Virus record (IMG/VR): IMGVR_UViG_3300000976_000008
Span: 175,223 to 239,222 of that record
DNA length: 64,000 bases
Strand: one strand, 5' to 3'
Source of the DNA: a virus
Taxonomy: Duplodnaviria; Heunggongvirae; Uroviricota; Caudoviricetes
The position numbers and the translations under genes are program-made. Shown here in pieces: positions 19,112 to 27,360 of the stretch. Position 1 is the first letter of the stretch; every line of letters begins with the position of its first letter. The notes under the pieces are model-generated. The model did not search any database. It had not been told where the DNA came from and saw only the letters and a list, made by a program, of their open reading frames with translations.

Positions 19112-19223
19112 ACGCTCGATTTCCTGCTTGGAAAAAGGATTGGGGGAATTGTACCCTATTGTTGCAGAGGAATACTCCCCGTTAAATGCACCCCACACGC
19201 CCGATTTCCTGCCTAGAAATCTC

Positions 19224-19478
19224 TCAACCCTCGCTGGGAATATAACTATGCTCCGTGAAATAATAAACCTTAGCAAGAACACCCATCTTCTCGCAAAGAG
19301 AAATTATCCGGTCACACGTTTCCCCAACCCCCTCAGAGAAACCAATACCAAACTCGACTCGGACAATAAACTCCCTATTAGTAGTTGATCCCTCAATAAC
19401 ACTCTGAACCCTCACATTCATCATATTACACAACATCAACTCAATAGCGAGTTTGATAGTCTTATCATCAGCCATCAC
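19224..19478 (-). CDS. Hypothetical protein
   Basis: ORF. Confidence 0.7.
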   Translation of the reverse strand: MMADDKTIKLAIELMLCNMMNVRVQSVIEGSTTNREFIVRVEFGIGFSEGVGETCDRIISLCEKMGVLAKVYYFTEHSYIPSEG

Positions 19479-19559
19479 GCCCGATTTCCCACCTGGAAAT
19501 AAGAGAAGGGGCAGCGTTAACAGTGATCCCCATCACCCGCTGCCCCTCGCAGGAACACA

Positions 19560-20201
19560 CTACTTTTTCTCAAAAACCCGGACCACGTAGTCAGTCACCA
19601 CACCACGCTCGCCCTTCACACCACCATGCGAATCCTCTTCCAACGTCGTGAACCGCTCAACCCCATCAGGCAAGAAATCCAACGTCGATTGAACCCCCTG
19701 CTGATAACCAAACGCCACATCATGAGTCTCAAACCGCTTCTCCAACGCCAACCTCGCAGGCGGATCAGGCAATTCATCCACCAAATCAGCCCACATCTCC
19801 TGCTCAGCCTCCTCAACGCAACTCGAATTCAAACCATGAGTCTGATCCGCCACATCATGCAACCGAGATGCCGCCAACCGACAAAACCGATCCGTCAAAC
19901 GAGGACTATCCGGCTCAATCGAACCCTCCATCACAGCACCAAGATCACCCGCAATCGTCTTCCGAGAAACCGTGGACACCACAAACAACTCATCCGGATC
20001 AAGCCGATTAGACTGAGCTTCCATTGAATCCTCCGAAAACGTAACCCGATCCCATTTACCATCCTCAGTGCTCCACCGCCAAGCCTCCCTAAAACCAGCA
20101 GCCAACACATACCTCTTCTCAGGGAAATAATCCCACTTATTACCAGACACACCAACAGCCCACCGCTGATCAGCAAACTCTTGAAGAGGAGGTCCCGACA
20201 T
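19560..20201 (-). CDS. Cassette hypothetical protein
   Basis: Trimmed start after repeat. Confidence 0.75.
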   Translation of the reverse strand: MSGPPLQEFADQRWAVGVSGNKWDYFPEKRYVLAAGFREAWRWSTEDGKWDRVTFSEDSMEAQSNRLDPDELFVVSTVSRKTIAGDLGAVMEGSIEPDSPRLTDRFCRLAASRLHDVADQTHGLNSSCVEEAEQEMWADLVDELPDPPARLALEKRFETHDVAFGYQQGVQSTLDFLPDGVERFTTLEEDSHGGVKGERGVVTDYVVRVFEKK

Positions 20202-20269
20202 AATCACTGTTCCTGAAAGAATTGGGGAATTGTCTACCAAACTATTGCAAAACAAATGACCCCGTTAAA

Positions 20270-20569
20270 TCAAGCCCCATGATTCCCAGGCAGCAATACA
20301 AGATCCAACTTCAAATCCGTCACCACAGTCCGCTCCTGAACAATCGAACAAGTCGAAAGCCGATGCCCAAAAACCGAACAATCCTCCGGCGACACCAAGG
20401 AATCCCCCGAAAAAGCCTCAAACACCGTCACACCCCCATCCGACTCAAGATGAACATCAATCAAATCGAACAAACCACGCAACGAAAACGCCGTCAACTC
20501 CCCATCCGAATCCCCAATCGTCTCACCAAAATGATCGACCAAAGAAAAAGACTCAACAGTCCTCGACAT
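20270..20569 (-). CDS. Cassette hypothetical protein
   Basis: Trimmed start MSRTV. Confidence 0.7.
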   Translation of the reverse strand: MSRTVESFSLVDHFGETIGDSDGELTAFSLRGLFDLIDVHLESDGGVTVFEAFSGDSLVSPEDCSVFGHRLSTCSIVQERTVVTDLKLDLVLLPGNHGA

Positions 20570-20630
20570 CACTAGGCTCCAACAAAGGGGAATTCTACCA
20601 AACTGTTGCAAAACAAATGACCCCGTTAAA

Positions 20631-20816
20631 TCACTGATTCCCCCTCGCCCAAACCTCCGCAGACTTCACACACTCCGCCAACGAACCATCCTTCGGAGCA
20701 GAAAACGACTTCAACTCCACAGGCACCAACATCCCAGGCTCCGACACAGTAACCATCTCCAAAGCCGGAACAACAGTCACAGTCAACCGACCAACCTTCT
20801 GCGAACCAGGAACCAT
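20631..20816 (-). CDS. Cassette hypothetical protein
   Basis: GGAG RBS. Confidence 0.65.
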   Translation of the reverse strand: MVPGSQKVGRLTVTVVPALEMVTVSEPGMLVPVELKSFSAPKDGSLAECVKSAEVWARGNQ

Positions 20817-20892
20817 CACACCACTCCAAGGAGACCAAAGGGGAATTCTACCCCACTGTTGCAAGGGAATAACCCCCAATTAAATCAAACCC

Positions 20893-21105
20893 TCACGGCT
20901 TCCAAAAAGCCCCAAACCCATCATCCCGATTCGCAGAAAGCAACTCACAAACCCGCTTCCTCAAACCACGATCAGCCGCAGCCAAAGCCTCCGACCTCAA
21001 CTCCTTCCCCTCCAAACCCTCACCAATCAACCGCAATTCCTCAATCTCAACAATCTTCCGATGAGCATCACGAACACCCTGCTCAAAAAACGACATAGCA
21101 TCCAT
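20893..21105 (-). CDS. Hypothetical protein
   Basis: ORF. Confidence 0.65.
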   Translation of the reverse strand: MDAMSFFEQGVRDAHRKIVEIEELRLIGEGLEGKELRSEALAAADRGLRKRVCELLSANRDDGFGAFWKP

Positions 21106-21141
21106 AACACGATTTCCCACTTAGAAACAAAGAAACAGGAA

Positions 21142-21444
21142 TTACTCCCGCTCAACACCCTCCCGCACCTGAACACCATCCGAACCCAACCGAGGAATCA
21201 AATGACCCCCCGACGACTCCAAGTAATGCAAACCAGTCCCATAATCAACCCGAAGCGACAACCCCGACCGACCAACAACCGGATCAGTAGCATCCTTCGC
21301 CACATCCAAAAAATAATGACCAATACCCCACCCAAGCATGAAAAGCACCGACCAAAACACATCCCTGCGAAACTCCCGATAAACCTCCACCACCAACCCT
21401 CCAAACAAAAGAAAAAAGAAACCGGGTACTAGAGGCGGTGTCAC
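21142..21444 (-). CDS. Membrane protein with DUF6440-like motif
   Basis: Hydrophobic segments then VDYGTGLHYL...GGHLIPRLGSDG. Confidence 0.65.
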   Translation of the reverse strand: MTPPLVPGFFFLLFGGLVVEVYREFRRDVFWSVLFMLGWGIGHYFLDVAKDATDPVVGRSGLSLRVDYGTGLHYLESSGGHLIPRLGSDGVQVREGVERE

Positions 21445-21453
21445 CCTTAAACC

Positions 21454-21703
21454 GGGCGTCCTGAAGGAGAGTTACCTCCAACAATCGTCAATTCGCTACC
21501 TCGTTCCCGACACCTACAAACCACGACCCTGATGGTGGAGCAGCTCCATTCTCACCGGGACGACCCTGGGATTACCGAATCCACACACCGCCACAGGCTT
21601 AACATGAGAATACCAACTTGACAATCTCTCACCGCAAGGCCCATCGGAGTCAGCCCCAAAGCTCAATCTCGCCAGCAGTCCAGTCACCCAGAACTACGCC
21701 CCC
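21454..21703 (-). ncRNA. Candidate structured ncRNA
   Basis: No convincing ORF; follows motif copy 21725-21751; 5' GGGCGT pairs with 3' ACGCCC. Confidence 0.4.
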
Positions 21704-21801
21704 ACCAAAATCGTGATAACCAACTGTTGCCACCCAATACCCACCCGTTAAACCCACGCATTTCCCGCCTGGAAATAACCAGGATACATCAAATCGCAAT
21801 A

Positions 21802-22128
21802 TCAGTCTCTTTTAGTTGACAAGCACTCATCTATGTCCTCAAGAACAACAGCACCCTTAGTCATCACACACAACGAATCCCCAAAATCCGTCACACCAGT
21901 CACCTGAAAATCACCATCACAATGAAACAACCTCCCCTCATTCGCAGGAGCCCACAAAGGAGTCCTAACACTATCCCAAACCACCACAACCGGCACCGAA
22001 GACGGAACAAGACCCCTCACAACCCACCAACCAGTAGCCACCCAAAAATGACGCGAATGAACCGAATTCCTCGAAATTAACGAAAACAACTCCCCACGAT
22101 CCAACAAATCACTCCAAGACGCACTCAC
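21802..22128 (-). CDS. Hypothetical protein
   Basis: GTG start after RBS hairpin. Confidence 0.65.
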   Translation of the reverse strand: MSASWSDLLDRGELFSLISRNSVHSRHFWVATGWWVVRGLVPSSVPVVVVWDSVRTPLWAPANEGRLFHCDGDFQVTGVTDFGDSLCVMTKGAVVLEDIDECLSTKRD

Positions 22129-22239
22129 ATTTCCCCCCTGGAAAACCCGCACCAAAAACACACACCAACATATTACACACAAACCCACCCAGTTAAATCC
22201 ACGCACCCCAAGAACCCCCGCATTTCCAACAAGGAAACC

Positions 22240-22428
22240 AAAAACACCCAAAAATAGGAATAATCCCCCACAGAGCCACCAAGAGAAGCCCAGAAACATA
22301 CCCCTCTCCGAGGCTCTCCTTTGCCTTCCCTGAGCCTCTAACTTTCACGCGGCCCAGAGTCCGTGGGAGGGCCTTCTTGCCCTTCCCTTGCGGCACGGGT
22401 TTTTCTTTGGCTATTTTTGGGATATTGT
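22240..22428. other. Strand-skew flip 2, candidate replication origin
   Basis: Abrupt C/A-rich to G/T-rich switch; hairpin 22310-22338. Confidence 0.5.
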
Positions 22429-22737
22429 TTATGGTTTGGACTTTTTGGGCGTGGTTACGTTTTGTGCTGGGGTTATTGTTTTGGGTGGTTTTTCATTGGT
22501 TTGGTTTTCGTTGGTCTTTTTTGCGTAGGCTCGTACGCTTCCCCAGATTGTGGCGGTTAGTGGTGTCATTGTTGAGTGGCATTTTCGGGGTCTTGCCCAT
22601 GTTGTTTTGTTTGTTGTGTAGTCTTCTAGGCATTCTGTGTGGTGGTGTGGGATTGGTTGGCCTTCTGGGATGATTGTCCATCCTTGTGGTGTTTTTGGGA
22701 GTGGTTTTCCTTGGCTGGTTTGGTTGTAGTTGTTCAT
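22429..22737 (-). CDS. Hypothetical protein
   Basis: ORF, ATGA coupling. Confidence 0.7.
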   Translation of the reverse strand: MNNYNQTSQGKPLPKTPQGWTIIPEGQPIPHHHTECLEDYTTNKTTWARPRKCHSTMTPLTATIWGSVRAYAKKTNENQTNEKPPKTITPAQNVTTPKKSKP

Positions 22738-23060
22738 ATTTTGGTTTTTATCCAGTTGCTTATTTGTTGGGGGTAGTTTGGGTTGTTTAGGTCGAATGTT
22801 TGTTCGTGGTATTGTGGGTTGTCGATTTCTTTGGGGTTGGTTTGTTGGGGGTTTTTGGGTGTGCTGATGATTATTTTTATTATTGGTTTGGCTTTTGTGG
22901 TGAGTGCTGCTATTTTGGCGATTAGGTGGTGGTTTTTTGGGTTGTAGATGGTCCAGTTTTTGGTTGTTTGGTTTGTTGTTAGTTGTAGTGGGGCGAGGTC
23001 TTTTGTTAGTTGTTGGTGGGTTAGGTGGATTATTGCTTTTTCTAGGGTTGTTTTGTGCAT
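22734..23060 (-). CDS. Family B small protein
   Basis: FDLNNPNYPQQISNWI. Confidence 0.8.
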   Translation of the reverse strand: MHKTTLEKAIIHLTHQQLTKDLAPLQLTTNQTTKNWTIYNPKNHHLIAKIAALTTKAKPIIKIIISTPKNPQQTNPKEIDNPQYHEQTFDLNNPNYPQQISNWIKTKI

Positions 23061-23296
23061 TGGGTGATTATTCTTATTGTTGTGTCGAGGGTGGGGTCGC
23101 CGCCGAAGATGAGGATTATTTTGTGGTTGGTGTTTTGGTGGGTGAGGGTTGTGTGTTCGGTGTCGATGATTATTAGTGTGTCTGTGTCGGTGTTGGGGGT
23201 TATTTCTATTGGTGTGAGGGTGGCGTGCCAGTGGGTGATTTGTTTTTGGTTGTTGGTTGTGGTGTAGGGGCTTTTTGTGAGTTGGTAGATTCGCAT
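23042..23296 (-). CDS. Family A small protein
   Basis: MRIYQL..W..EITPNT..TLTH. Confidence 0.85.
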   Translation of the reverse strand: MRIYQLTKSPYTTTNNQKQITHWHATLTPIEITPNTDTDTLIIIDTEHTTLTHQNTNHKIILIFGGDPTLDTTIRIITQCTKQP

Positions 23297-23532
23297 TTTG
23301 GTTGGCGGTTTTTGGTGATGATTCTTATTATGCCGGGTTTTGGGTTGAGGATTTTTATTATTTTGTAGTCTTTTTCTTGGTGGGTGAGGGTTTGGTGGTG
23401 GGTGAGGATTACTATTGTGTTGGGGTTTGTTGTTGGTGTGATGTCTGGTGTGAGTTTGAGTTGCCAGTAGTAGACGAGTTGGTGGCCTTGGATGGTGGCG
23501 ACGGGTTGGCTGTGGAGTTGGTGGATTTGCAT
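23206..23532 (-). CDS. Family A small protein
   Basis: W..DITPTT..TLTHQEKDYKI. Confidence 0.8.
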   Translation of the reverse strand: MQIHQLHSQPVATIQGHQLVYYWQLKLTPDITPTTNPNTIVILTHHQTLTHQEKDYKIIKILNPKPGIIRIITKNRQPKCESTNSQKAPTPQPTTKNKSPTGTPPSHQ

Positions 23533-23780
23533 GTTCTTGTGGTGAAGATGTTGATTTGGTTGTTGCGGACTCTGTGTGGGGAGTGGTAGTAGATTTTGTA
23601 GTCTTTGTCTTGGTAGGTGAGGGTTTGTTGGTTTATGAGGATTATTGTTTCGGGGTCGGTTTGTGGGGTTATTTCTATTTCTTTGAGGGTCCAGAAGTAG
23701 GCTTCGTTGGTGGGGGAGTTTGGGGTGGTGTTTTTGTAGTGGGTTGGGTAGGGTGGTCGTTTGAATTGGTAGATTCGCAT
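23412..23780 (-). CDS. Family A small protein
   Basis: Trimmed start MRIYQF; EITPQT..LTYQDKDYKI. Confidence 0.8.
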   Translation of the reverse strand: MRIYQFKRPPYPTHYKNTTPNSPTNEAYFWTLKEIEITPQTDPETIILINQQTLTYQDKDYKIYYHSPHRVRNNQINIFTTRTCKSTNSTANPSPPSKATNSSTTGNSNSHQTSHQQQTPTQ

Positions 23781-24010
23781 TTTGGTCTTTGGTGGGTGTA
23801 GATGGAGAGGCGGTTGGGGACTCCGTCTATGAAGTTGATTATTTTGTAGTCTTTTCCGTTGTTGGTGAGGGTTGTTTGTTCGTTGTTGATGAGGATTATT
23901 GTCGCTGGGTCGGTGGTGGGGGTTATGTCGAGTTTGAGTTGGGCGGTCCAGAAGAAGTAGGCGTGTTTTCTGCCTGGGGTTGGTGGTTTTCGGAGTTGGT
24001 AGATTTCCAT
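23675..24010 (-). CDS. Family A small protein
   Basis: MEIYQL..DITPTT..KDYKI. Confidence 0.8.
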   Translation of the reverse strand: MEIYQLRKPPTPGRKHAYFFWTAQLKLDITPTTDPATIILINNEQTTLTNNGKDYKIINFIDGVPNRLSIYTHQRPKCESTNSNDHPTQPTTKTPPQTPPPTKPTSGPSKK

Positions 24011-24258
24011 AATGGTGTGCGGGCTGTGAGGATTTTGATTGCGTTGCTGCGGGATGCGAGGAATTTGTGGACTCGGTAATCTTTGTCTTGGTGTGTGAGG
24101 ATTGTTCCGTCTTCACTTAGAAGGATGATGTTTGTTAGATCTGTTTCTGGGGTTATTTCTGGGGCTGGTGTGATGATCCAGACGAGGGCGTTTTTGTTGC
24201 CGGTTCCGAACCAGGCTGTTTTCTGGGGGACTTGGTTGAGTTGGTAGAGTTGGTTCAT
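23923..24258 (-). CDS. Family A small protein
   Basis: EITPET..LTHQDKDYRV. Confidence 0.8.
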   Translation of the reverse strand: MNQLYQLNQVPQKTAWFGTGNKNALVWIITPAPEITPETDLTNIILLSEDGTILTHQDKDYRVHKFLASRSNAIKILTARTPLWKSTNSENHQPQAENTPTSSGPPNSNST

Positions 24259-24488
24259 TTGCCGTAGTGTTCGTTGATTCCACCAATGAAGAATTGGTGG
24301 AATCCGATGAGTCCGAGGATGCCCATTGTTGTTCGGAGGAATATGGCGAGTCCTCGTGTTGGTTCGCCGTTTAGCCAGAAGAGACTGAGCAGGAATATGA
24401 GGATTATTGTTCCTGCTGTTATGAGGTAGTTTTTAGTGCTGGCTTTGAGGGGTTTTCTTTTCTTGTTTTTCATGGGGGTTTGTTGCAA
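24255..24488 (-). CDS. Small membrane protein (2 TM)
   Basis: Hydrophobic segments; start probably MKNKK. Confidence 0.7.
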   Translation of the reverse strand: MQQTPMKNKKRKPLKASTKNYLITAGTIILIFLLSLFWLNGEPTRGLAIFLRTTMGILGLIGFHQFFIGGINEHYGK

Positions 24489-24504
24489 GGGAATTATTGT
24501 TTGT

Positions 24505-24747
24505 TTATTTGGTGGTGTAGACGGCTAGTTGGCGGTGTTTGTTGTTTGGGAGTCTTCTGGTTTTGAAGATTTTGTAGTCTTCTTCTTTGTATGTGAGGAT
24601 GTTCTGGTTGCTGTTTATGATGACGATGTCGTTTGGGTCTGTTTCTGGGGTTATTTCTGCGTTTTGGAGGTCCCAGCGGGCGACTTCTGGGTCTTTTGGG
24701 TCTCTTGAGGCTGTGTGGAGTTTTTCTATTAGTTTGTAGAGTTTCAT
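24505..24747 (-). CDS. Family A small protein
   Basis: RWDL..EITPET..LTYKEEDYKI. Confidence 0.85.
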   Translation of the reverse strand: MKLYKLIEKLHTASRDPKDPEVARWDLQNAEITPETDPNDIVIINSNQNILTYKEEDYKIFKTRRLPNNKHRQLAVYTTK

Positions 24748-24977
24748 GGGAATGTATAGGCTGTTGGGCGTTGGCCTTCGACGGTGTTGATGAAGGCTTT
24801 GTAGATTCGGTGATCTTTTTCTTGGTGGGTGAGGGTTGTTTGATCTTCGTCGATGATTATTATTGATGTTGGGTTGGTTTGTGGGGTTATTTCTATTTCT
24901 TTGAAGGTCCAGTGGATGAGTGTTGGGTAATTGTCTGGGTTGGTTTCGGCGATTTGGATTAGTTCGTAGATCCGCAT
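24744..24977 (-). CDS. Family A small protein
   Basis: EITPQT..LTHQEKD. Confidence 0.85.
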   Translation of the reverse strand: MRIYELIQIAETNPDNYPTLIHWTFKEIEITPQTNPTSIIIIDEDQTTLTHQEKDHRIYKAFINTVEGQRPTAYTFP

Positions 24978-25492
24978 TGTTCGTGGATTCTTTGGCTGAT
25001 TTGTTGGGGGAATTGGGGGTCGTTGATGTCGTAGGTGGTTAGGTTGTTTTCTACGAGAACTGTTGCTGGAAGGTTTTCGTCTTGGCGTCGGATGAGTAGG
25101 GCGATTGGGGTACTGTGTTTTTTGATGATTGAGATTGTTATTAGGTAGTCTTCTGTTTGGCCGACGATTTTGTCTTTACTTGGGGATTGGGGGATTATTG
25201 TCCATTCGGCGATGGGGTTGTTGCGTATCAGATGGACGTGGATGAGTTGGAGGGCTGCTCGGATGGCGTCCATTGGTTTCGATCGTGTGTAGAAGACGGG
25301 TTGTTGGTTGATTGGATCTTTTTGGTTTTCTGTTATGTGGTATTCTTCGTCTTGGTGTGTGAGGATTGAGCCGTTGATGAGGACGATTTGTTCTAGGTCA
25401 GTGTCAGGGGTTATTTCTATTTCGTCTGTGACGTCCCAGCGGATTCTGCCTGGTCGAATCTGGTTTACGGTTGTGATTTTGTAGAGTTGCAT
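24959..25492 (-). CDS. Family A-family B fusion protein
   Basis: N-terminal EITPDT..LTH; C-terminal YDINDPQFPQQI. Confidence 0.8.
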   Translation of the reverse strand: MQLYKITTVNQIRPGRIRWDVTDEIEITPDTDLEQIVLINGSILTHQDEEYHITENQKDPINQQPVFYTRSKPMDAIRAALQLIHVHLIRNNPIAEWTIIPQSPSKDKIVGQTEDYLITISIIKKHSTPIALLIRRQDENLPATVLVENNLTTYDINDPQFPQQISQRIHEQCGSTN

Positions 25493-25734
25493 GGATGGGT
25501 GTAGGCAGATTCTGATTGTCTTGAAGTGTAGAAAAGAGTCCGGTTTCTTGTGTAGGCTAGTTCGTAGTCTTTACCTTCGTGGCTGAGTATTCTTTTGGAG
25601 TTGATGATAACGATGTTTTTTGGGTCGGTGTCTGGGGTTATTTCTATCTCTGCTAGTTCCCAACGAATCAATGGTTCATTAGTGCTTGGCCATGATGTGT
25701 GAATAGTTTCTATGAGTTGGTAGACTTCTATCAT
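25465..25734 (-). CDS. Family A small protein
   Basis: RWEL.EIEITPDT. Confidence 0.85.
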   Translation of the reverse strand: MIEVYQLIETIHTSWPSTNEPLIRWELAEIEITPDTDPKNIVIINSKRILSHEGKDYELAYTRNRTLFYTSRQSESAYTHPCNSTKSQP

Positions 25735-26015
25735 CCGAGGACTGCTTTTATTTGTTTAGTCACTTGTTCGGGGAATGTTGGGTCGGTGATTGGGTAGTTG
25801 GTGATGCTGTCGTGGTGGAGTTCATTTGGATTGTACTTGACGATGTAGAGGGTGATTTCTCCGTCTTTGGTGGTGAGGCTGAAACTTCCTGTTTCGGTGG
25901 TTCCGCTTATTCTGGCGGAACTGTGGCCTAATTGTGAGTAGTCTAGGGTTTTGGGATTGTTATCTGTTTTGATTTGGTAGAAGACGAGTTCGGATGCTGC
26001 TCGTGTTGGTGTCAT
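25731..26015 (-). CDS. Family B small protein
   Basis: YPITDPTFPEQV. Confidence 0.85.
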   Translation of the reverse strand: MTPTRAASELVFYQIKTDNNPKTLDYSQLGHSSARISGTTETGSFSLTTKDGEITLYIVKYNPNELHHDSITNYPITDPTFPEQVTKQIKAVLG

Positions 26016-26356
26016 ACGCCTGTGACTTTTTTGATTTCTTGGGCGATATATTGGGGGAATTGTTGGTCGGCGATTTCGTAGTTGCTTATTTGGTCTCGTT
26101 CTGGCCAGTTGTTTTCTGGTTGATCAAAGAAGACGATGTAGAGGGTGAGACAGCTGGTGGCACTGTAGGTTGTTATTGTTATGTCGCAATTGGTGATGGT
26201 GCCTTTAATGACTGTTGGGTAGTGTCCGAATATTCCCGGATATTGCTGTTCGAGATGTTCGAAGGCCATTTCTAGTGCTGCGTCTAGTGCTGTCATCGCT
26301 GGTTGCAAAGCTCTTTGTGCTGCTTGCGTCGTAGTCATTTCTTGATCACGAGCCAT
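26012..26356 (-). CDS. Family B small protein
   Basis: YEIADQQFPQYI. Confidence 0.8.
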   Translation of the reverse strand: MARDQEMTTTQAAQRALQPAMTALDAALEMAFEHLEQQYPGIFGHYPTVIKGTITNCDITITTYSATSCLTLYIVFFDQPENNWPERDQISNYEIADQQFPQYIAQEIKKVTGV

Positions 26357-26622
26357 TTGTTACCTTCCACTTCGATCCATTTTGATGGTACTGCGTTTGT
26401 AATAATCATTTGGGTTTGCTCTTGTGCTTCTGGTGTTGTATTGCGGGAAGCGTAGCGTCTTCTTATTGCGTAGTCTTCGCCTTTGTAAGTGAGTGCACTA
26501 TTCGTAGCAATGACTAGTTCGTCTGATTCTGTGTCAGGCGTTATTTCAGGATCTACAGCGAGTTTCCATGTTCTTTCATTGTATACACTGTCTGAGAATT
26601 GGATTAGTTTGAAGATTCGCAT
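26335..26622 (-). CDS. Family A small protein
   Basis: WKL..EITPDT..LTYKGEDY. Confidence 0.85.
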   Translation of the reverse strand: MRIFKLIQFSDSVYNERTWKLAVDPEITPDTESDELVIATNSALTYKGEDYAIRRRYASRNTTPEAQEQTQMIITNAVPSKWIEVEGNKWLVIKK

Positions 26623-26683
26623 GTGTGCGGCTCTGTGTAAATGATCGGGAATTGAGAATCTAAATTTTTCAACTAGTTCGAGA

Positions 26684-27004
26684 TTATCCGGCTAGGCTGT
26701 CGATTTTCTCTGCGACTTGTTCGTGGAAGTCTGGGTCGGCGATCTTGAAGTGGTATTTGGTGTGGACAGCGTTGCTATTGAAGATGAAGATTGTTATTGT
26801 ATCAGATGTACGCTGTTGGATATTGAAGCTGAATCGAGTGAGTGGATTGTCGAGATTTGCTGATCCGTAGATTGTTAGTTCGTGCTCGTTGATGCTGGTA
26901 GGCGAACCATGTTTAATCCTTTTACGCAGTTCTCGCATAGTCAGTTCAATAACTGCTTTCTCAGTGGGAGTTGGATCTGATTCGTCGTCAAAGCTAACGC
27001 TCAT
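26684..27004 (-). CDS. Family B small protein
   Basis: FKIADPDFHEQV. Confidence 0.85.
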   Translation of the reverse strand: MSVSFDDESDPTPTEKAVIELTMRELRKRIKHGSPTSINEHELTIYGSANLDNPLTRFSFNIQQRTSDTITIFIFNSNAVHTKYHFKIADPDFHEQVAEKIDSLAG

Positions 27005-27021
27005 GGAGCTTTCTAACTGCC

Positions 27022-27360
27022 TTAAAGATCTGCTGGGGGAATTCTGGGTTGTTGATGTCGAAATTGTTTCCTCACTAAGAGTTCTTGCTTCTCTAAGAGT
27101 CGCCGTTGACTCATAGCGTTGTTATTCTCATGTTCAGTGATGAAAAAACAGTGGCTTGGTATTGAATGCTCGGTCGGTGTGCTAGTTATATAATCGTAAG
27201 TGATCCCTTGATAAGTAAGAGTCTCATTTTCTATGTCGATGAGAATCAATAATTCTGTTGGTGTGTCAGGATTTTCGATTCCATTCGAGGTCGTGTGCCA
27301 GAGCGTTGATGTTCCTCCGTCTGTTCGTTGAATTCTTTCTAGAATTTGCGGGGTTATCAT
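27022..27360 (-). CDS. Family A small protein (family B remnant in another frame at 3' end)
   Basis: GIENPDT..LTYQG; off-frame FDINNPEFPQQI. Confidence 0.75.
   Translation of the reverse strand: MITPQILERIQRTDGGTSTLWHTTSNGIENPDTPTELLILIDIENETLTYQGITYDYITSTPTEHSIPSHCFFITEHENNNAMSQRRLLEKQELLVRKQFRHQQPRIPPADL

Larger units (their letters stand above)
8480..22200 (-). repeat. Array of ~36 oriented hairpin/promoter repeats separating mostly single-gene cassettes
   Basis: Plus-strand consensus GGGAATCGTCTGCCCYTC-TGTTGCGA-N13-GTTAA. TGTTGC box starts at 8496, 8806, 9064, 9520, 9846, 10122, 10620, 10928, 11206, 11486, 11726, 12052, 12383, 12683, 12948, 13291, 13643, 13968, 14475, 14874, 15241, 15553, 15880, 16320, 16617, 17088, 17351, 17662, 17961, 19160, 20243, 20604, 20857, 21725, 22171 (degenerate); one inverted copy at 18051-18076. 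Confidence 0.95.

Noticed and set aside
21454-21703. tmRNA or RNase P identity (GGGGGCG start, internal CTCCACCA)
   Set aside because: No T-arm before the CCA and no RNase P conserved boxes.
8480-22200. CRISPR array
   Set aside because: Intervals are ~150-1000 bp, variable in length and protein-coding; repeats are degenerate; no cas genes in the window.
8480-22200. Canonical integron attC sites
   Set aside because: An RYYYAAC-like box follows the stops, but no complementary GTTRRRY closes the hairpin and no intI is present; only the layout is integron-like.
18800-25400. Many plus-strand and alternative-frame ORFs
   Set aside because: Low-complexity shadows produced by extreme skew; they overlap minus-strand genes with family motifs.
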